Below are positions 57,999 through 64,000 of a DNA stretch of 64,000 bases, in pieces (position 1 is the first letter of the stretch; the number at the start of each line of letters is the position of its first letter). This DNA comes from Macrostomum hystrix. Its lineage: Eukaryota > Animalia > Platyhelminthes. The stretch spans positions 8,866,001-8,930,000 of the forward strand of contig CATNEN010000038.1 of assembly GCA_950097015.1 (NCBI GenBank), given 5' to 3'. The translations under genes were made by a program, and so were the position numbers. The notes beneath the pieces were generated by a model. It was not told where the DNA came from and made no database searches. It was given only the letters and a program-made list of their open reading frames with translations.

Positions 57999-58759
57999 CC
58001 GCTCTATTTGAGTCGTACAATACAAAACCGCTAGGTATAGCTGTCCTTTTAGTTCCTTGACCATGCAGGCAATCACTTGTCAAGTAAAGGATATCGTTAG
58101 TTGCCCAAACAAAAAAATATATTGTTTGGTTGTTAAGAATTGTTAAGAATTCGTAGCTTTGTATCTTATGACTAGATAGCTCTGAGCAGTGCTCAAAGTT
58201 CCAACTTAAGATTGAACTTTAAAGCCAGTATACCTGAAGCTATAGTTTCTTGCAATGGCTATACCTGCCATTGCAGAAGCTAAATCTGCTTGCAATGGCT
58301 TGGCTGATTAAAACAATTTTTAACTGCCTTTCCTGCGCCTTTCAATTTGTGCATCCAGCCATATACACAATACATTTATGTGGGTTAGGGAAAGGAATTT
58401 ACTTTTAATACGGCATACAGAAAGCAGCTAGTTATTCTAGTTTAGGCCAGAATAGGCGGTTTGGGCGCAATTTATAAATACAAATATGGATCATTAGGAC
58501 AGATTCGTTGAACACTTTCCAACAGGAAGGTAAACTGCAAATTAGCAGCGACAGCAGTTGCCACACACTCACAAATAACATATACTGTACATAGCGGCAT
58601 TGCAGTACGCTATGTCGAGTAAAGATTTGTTAAAACTGGCGCAGAAATAAAATTCCTAATTGTGGGGCCAATTATAGATAGACAAATTCACGCTGTGTTT
58701 ACAAATTATTCCAATTTTATCATATGCATGCTATATAATATAATATAAATGGTATAGAA

Positions 58760-59345
58760 ACCATTAGAACAGGTGTCTAACAGGTGTAGATTCTATTAGA
58801 ACATGTGTCTAACAGGTGTAGATTCCATGTGAACATGTGTCTGAGAGGTGTAGAGTCCATTAGAACAGGTGTCTAACAGGTGTAGAGTCTATTAGAACAT
58901 GTGTCTGAGAGGTGTAGAGTCCATTAGAACAGGTGTCTAACAGGTGTAGATTCTATTAGAACATGTGTCTAACAGGTGTAGATTCCATTAGAACAGGTGT
59001 CTAACAGGTGCAGATTCTATTAGAACATGTGTCTGAGAGGTATAGAGTCCATTAGAACAGGTGTCTAACAGGTGTAGATTCAATTAGAACATGTGTCTGA
59101 GAGGTGTAGAGTCCATTAGAACAGGTGTCTATCAGTCATGAAAACCATTAGAACAGGTGTCCAACAGGTGTAGTCTATTAGAACAGGTGTCCAACAGGTG
59201 TAGTCTATTAGAACAGGTGTCCAACAGGTGTAGTCTATTAGAACATGTGTCTAACAGGTAGGTTTGGAGTCTATTAGAACAGGTGTCTAACAGGTGCAGA
59301 GTCCATTAGAATAGGTGCTTAACAGGTATCGAGGCTATTAGAACA
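58760..59345. repeat. ~32-bp minisatellite (CCATTAGAACAGGTGTCTAACAGGTGTAGAGT)
   Basis: Direct reading. Confidence 0.9.
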
Positions 59346-60241
59346 AGCTACTGTTGTTGCAAAGCGCTTTTCGAGCAGGTAAATTCAATAATTCAAATTC
59401 AATCATTAATAACTAATGTGCGTATTCAATATAATTGTCGCACAGGTAATCAACAAAATATATAGTTTCAAATTTTAGATTTAAAATTTTAATCAATAAA
59501 ATAATGAAGTCACACGCAAAACATATGATTTGGCAAAAATTTAATCACAAAGGTGGGAAAATTGTCAAGTTATTACACTAAGTATGGGATCTGGAATTGC
59601 GAGTCTGGGAACTAAACAATCAACAATAATGCATAATGGAAATGTAAAAAACTAGTGCAAACTCGGCAATATCCAATGTGCAAAAAAGTATTGATGCTTC
59701 ACAGCCATCAAATATAACGGTAACAGATTTACAAGATAAGCCAATCAGTACAGCAGAGTCGGTCAGGATTGCTTGTTAAATCTGGCGCACAGAAAAAATT
59801 GATCTGGAATTAATACTGGCTTTGCAGTTCTTGGCTAATTATTTATGAAAATTGTTAATCAATAAACAGAAATCAAATATTGGCTCAACTGAAGTGCAAC
59901 TAAATGACAAATGACCAATTGACTGACAGCTGGATAGACAAACGGTTACCATGGAAACCAAAACATTGAAATAGAAATGCATCAAAGAGATTTTGAGATT
60001 ATCGCGATAAAATTTGACTGAAAAAAGAAAACCTGATGGTTAGATAGAAATTGAATTTCACATTCAGCACAAAAGGAGCGCTGGAATATTTAACGAAACC
60101 AAGCAGGTTCAATACTTGGCCACGCTAGGCCACACGTGCAGCAAGACGACACGTAACTCTATAGAAATTCGAAAATGGTACAGAAAACTGAAAATCAGTT
60201 CGACAGTGTTTGATGACCTTAACAACGCGAATTTAGGCGAA

Positions 60242-63200
60242 TCAGAACACCAACTGACCGATCCTGTACAGTTCCAGCAGGCGCGCCAGCACCGCTCCCT
60301 GCTGCATCGACTGCTGCCCGATCAGCTTCGGGTCCAACGGAGTCAAGCTGAGAATGCCTGACAAGGCCGGCCGGATCAGGGTCGGGCCCAGGATCACACC
60401 GATGTTGGATGGGGACATCTTGTTCACCTGGCCAGGTGGGTTCCGGGTTGAAGGGGGCGAAATTGCAGCTCCATTAAAACACCTGACCCAGAATCAAACC
60501 TGAACCCAAATTCAACATCAGAGTGTTTAATAAGACCTCACACAGAAATGAATCCCAAATTCAGGCCAGACCCAGAACTGAATCCCAAATTCAGGCCAGA
60601 CCCAGAACTGAATCCCAAATCAAGGCCTGACCCAGAACTGAATCCCAAATCAAGGCCTGACCCAGAACTGAATCCCAAATCAAGGCCTGACCCAGAACTG
60701 AATCCCAAATTCAGGCCAGACCCAGAACTGAATCCCAAATCAAGGCCTGACCCAGAACTGAATCCCAAATCAAGGCCTGACCCAGAACTGAATCCAAAAT
60801 TCAGGCCTGACCCAGAACTGAATCCCAAATCAAGGCCTGACCCAGAACTGAATCCCAAATCAAGGCCTGACCCAGAACTGAATCCCAAATTCAGGCCAGA
60901 CCCAGAACTGAATCCCAAATCAAGGCCTGACCCAGAACTGAATCCCAAATTCAGGCCTAACCCAGAACTAGAATCCCAAATCAAGACCTGACCCAGAACT
61001 GAATCCCAAATCAAGGCCTGACCCAGAACTAGAATCCCAAATTCAGGCCTGACCCAGAACTGAATCCCAAATCAAGGCCTGACCCAGAACTAGAATCCCA
61101 AATTCAGGCCTGACCCAGAACTGAATCCCAAATTCAGGCCTAACCCAGAACTAGAATCCCAAATCAAGACCTGACCCAGAACTGAATCCCAAATCAAGGC
61201 CTGACCCAGAACTAGAATCCCAAATTCAGGCCTGACCCAGAACTGAATCCCAAATCAAGGCCTGACCCAGAACTAGAATCCCAAATTCAGGCCTGACCCA
61301 GAACTGAATCCCAAATTCAGGCCTGACCCAGAACTGAATCCAAAATTCAGGCCTGACCCAGAACTGAATCCCAAATCAAGGCCTGACCCAGAACTGAATC
61401 CCAAATCAAGGCCTGACCTAGAACTGAATCCCAAATTCAGGCCTGACCCAGAACTGAATCCCAAATTCAGGCCTGACCCAGAACTGAATCCCAAATCAAG
61501 GCCTGACCCAGAACTGAATCCCAAATTCAGGCCTGACCCAGAACTGAATCCCAAATTCAGGCCTGACCCAGAACTGAATCCCAAATCAAGGCCTGACCCA
61601 GAACTGAATCCCAAATCAAGGCCTGACCCAGAACTGAATCCCAAATCAAGGCCTGACCCAGAACTAAATCCAAAATTCAGGCCTGACCCAGAACTAAATC
61701 CAAAATTCAGGCCTGACCCAGAACTGAATCCAAAATTCAGGCCTGACCCAGAACTGAATCCAAAATTCAGGCCTGACCCAGAACTGAATTCAAAATTCAG
61801 GCCTGACCCAGAACTGAATCCCAAATTCAGGCCTAACCCAGAACTAGAATCCCAAATCAAGACCTGACCCAGAACTGAATCCCAAATCAAGGCCTGACCC
61901 AGAACTAGAATCCCAAATTCAGGCCTGACCCAGAACTGAATCCCAAATTCAGGCCTGACCCAGAACTGAATCCCAAATTCAGGCCTGACCCAGAACTGAA
62001 TCCCAAATCAAGGCCTGACCCAGAACTGAATCCCAAATCAAGGCCTGACCCAGAACTGAATCCCAAATTCAGGCCTGACCCAGAACTGAATCCCAAATTC
62101 AGGCCTGACCCAGAACTGAATCCAAAATTCAGGCCTGACCCAGAACTGAATCACAAATCAAGGCCTGACCCAGAACTAGAATCCCAAATCAAGGCCTGAC
62201 CCAGAACTGAATCCAAAATTCAGGCCTGACCCAGAACTGAATCCCAAATCAAGGCCTGACCCAGAACTAGAATCCCAAATTCAGGCCTGACCCAGAACTG
62301 AATCCCAAATTCAGCCCTGACCCAGAACTGAATCCCAAATTCAGGCCAGACCCAGAACTGAATCCCAAATTCAGGCCTGACCCAGAACTAGAATCCCAAA
62401 TTCAGGCCTGACCCAGAACTGAATCCCAAATTCAGCCCTGACCCAGAACTGAATCCCAAATTCAGGCCTGACCCAGAACTGAATCCCAAATTCAGGCCTG
62501 ACCCAGAACTGAATCCCAAATTCAGGCCTGACCCAGAACTGAATCCCAAATTCAGGCCTGACCCAGAACTGAATCCCAAATCAAGGCCTGACCCAGAACT
62601 GAATCCCAAATTCAGGCCTGACCCAGAACTAGAATCCCAAATCAAGGCCTGACCCAGAACTCAAATCCTAAATCACTGACCCAGAACCCGAGCTACAGAA
62701 ATGACAGCAAGCCCACCTGGCAACTGTCGCACACTAGCAGCAGGTGATCAAAGAGAAACGCCGCCGTGGCCGAGTTGGCTGCTGGCAGGGTGCCCTGCGG
62801 CAGCAGGGCCAGCAGGTCTTGATCGTCGGCCTCGCTGGCCGCGGTCAGCGCCTCGTGAAGTCTGGCGGTGAACAGCGGCTCCGGGAGTTCTCGCAGGTAC
62901 AACTTTAGTAGGCCGGTGCACACGTGAATGTCCAGGCCATCCAGCCGCTTAGGCGGCCCCGGCCCGTCCGAGTCGATGCCGGCTCTGGCAGCCTGGGAGG
63001 GAAGCGTCGTTATGGAATGTCTAAATGACACAGTTCCGGTTCCGGCCAGTCAAGTCGGGATTCGAACCCCTGACCTTGAAGTCGTGAGTCCGCCGCTCTA
63101 ACCACTGGGCTACAAGCTCTCTTGCATATCTAGCTACCGTCAGCCTATTATAGATCACCTAATAACCAACCTGCAAATCCGTGACGGAGCCGGACACCCT

Positions 63201-64000
63201 GTACAGTCCCAGTTCGCTGAGGCAGCGATTCACCTGCAGAACCAGGGCCTGCATAAGCATGGGCACACCTGGTCGCGACAGTGGCTCCGCTATTAAAGAC
63301 TTCTCAGCTTCAACTAGTTGGTCTAGCGGAGTTCCAAACACAACAAGCTGCTGCTGCTGTTGCTGGTGTTGCGACTGCTGATGTTGCTGCTGCTGCGGCT
63401 TGTGTAGGACCTTCTGCTGCAGGACGCAGAGGTACTGGGGCACGTACGCTAAACTAAGCGTGAGCAGGAGCGGCTTGGCGCCTGCAGACAGGTAGTGGCA
63501 CTTGGCGCGGTAGTCGCGAAGGCCGCTCTCGCAGAGGCGCAGCTCCAGGTAGCCGATGTCGCTAGGCCGGGTCTTTGTGGAATCCAGCTGGGAGACCACA
63601 AACCTGCGCAATTGAAATCGAATTTATTGCCCATTAACCTTTCTGGCATATTTAGAGGATTAGAGAGGCTGAGAGGGAGAGTGTAAGAGAGGAAGACAAG
63701 GAGAGAGGAAGAGGGAAAGAAGGAGAGAGGAAGAGGGAAAGAGGTAGAGAGGAAGACAGGGAGAGAGGAAGAGGAAATGAGGGAGAGAGGGAGAGGGAAA
63801 GAGGGAGAGGCAGAGAGGGAGAGGCAGAGAGGGAGAGGCAGAGAGGCAGAGAGGAGCGTTAAACATGGACAGACGTAGGAGTCGGAAGCCAGGGCCGGCT
63901 GATCCGAAGGAAGCAGGAATGACCCACCGAATCGCGGTCTCCGTGCCGTCCAGGCTCAGCTGAAAGTCGCACTCGAATGTCGGCTGCGAGGTGACCTCCG
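60242..64000 (-). CDS. BCR/ABR-like C2 + RhoGAP protein, last four exons; 5' part outside window
   Basis: Exons >64000-63928, 63603-63171, 62992-62717 and 60427-60242 (TGA). C2-like QPTFECDFQLSLDG; RhoGAP motifs VFGTPL, LGLYRVSG (Arg finger), TGLLKLYLRELPEPLFT, VNKMSPSNIGVILGPTLIRP. Confidence 0.88.
60545..62690. repeat. 30-bp minisatellite (GAATCCCAAATTCAGGCCTGACCCAGAACT), about 70 copies, last RhoGAP intron
   Basis: Direct reading. Confidence 0.95.
63050..63115 (-). mobile_element. tRNA-like head of SINE family A
   Basis: AGTCGGGATTCGAACCCC...GTCGTGAGTCCG...CTAACCACTGGGCTACAA. Confidence 0.7.
63662..63856. repeat. GA-rich low-complexity tract
   Basis: Nearly pure purine run. Confidence 0.85.

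Overview
Eukaryotic (animal) genomic DNA. It has GC-rich spliced exons, AT-rich introns packed with private minisatellites, tRNA-derived SINEs, MITEs and TTAGGG repeats. The style suggests a free-living flatworm such as Macrostomum (inference only). Ten protein-coding genes were reconstructed by hand from GT/GC-AG junctions. On the + strand: the 3' end of a GH31 alpha-glucosidase with a hydrophobic tail; a co-oriented run CTTNBP2 - PDCD10/CCM3 (both STRIPAK-complex proteins) - ARMH3 - a fungal-type GT15 mannosyltransferase; a two-domain Ly6/uPAR protein whose exon 2 is broken by a palindromic insertion; and an intronless DEG/ENaC channel. On the - strand: two paralogous orphan type-I receptors with an F-type-lectin-like domain (one with added Ig domains and YDEP/YxN tail motifs, hosting the DEG/ENaC gene antisense in an intron) and the 3' part of a BCR/ABR-like C2-RhoGAP. 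Also present: one tRNA-Gly(GCC), hAT, Tc1/mariner and THAP (P-like) transposon derivatives, and an LTR-like segment abutting telomeric repeats. The strongest leads are (i) the possible STRIPAK operon-like cluster, (ii) a sharply bounded 2.8-kb almost CpG-free domain upstream of it, (iii) the lectin/Ig receptor plus Ly6 cluster, and (iv) the GT15 horizontal-transfer candidate. All exon coordinates are manual and need RNA-seq confirmation.
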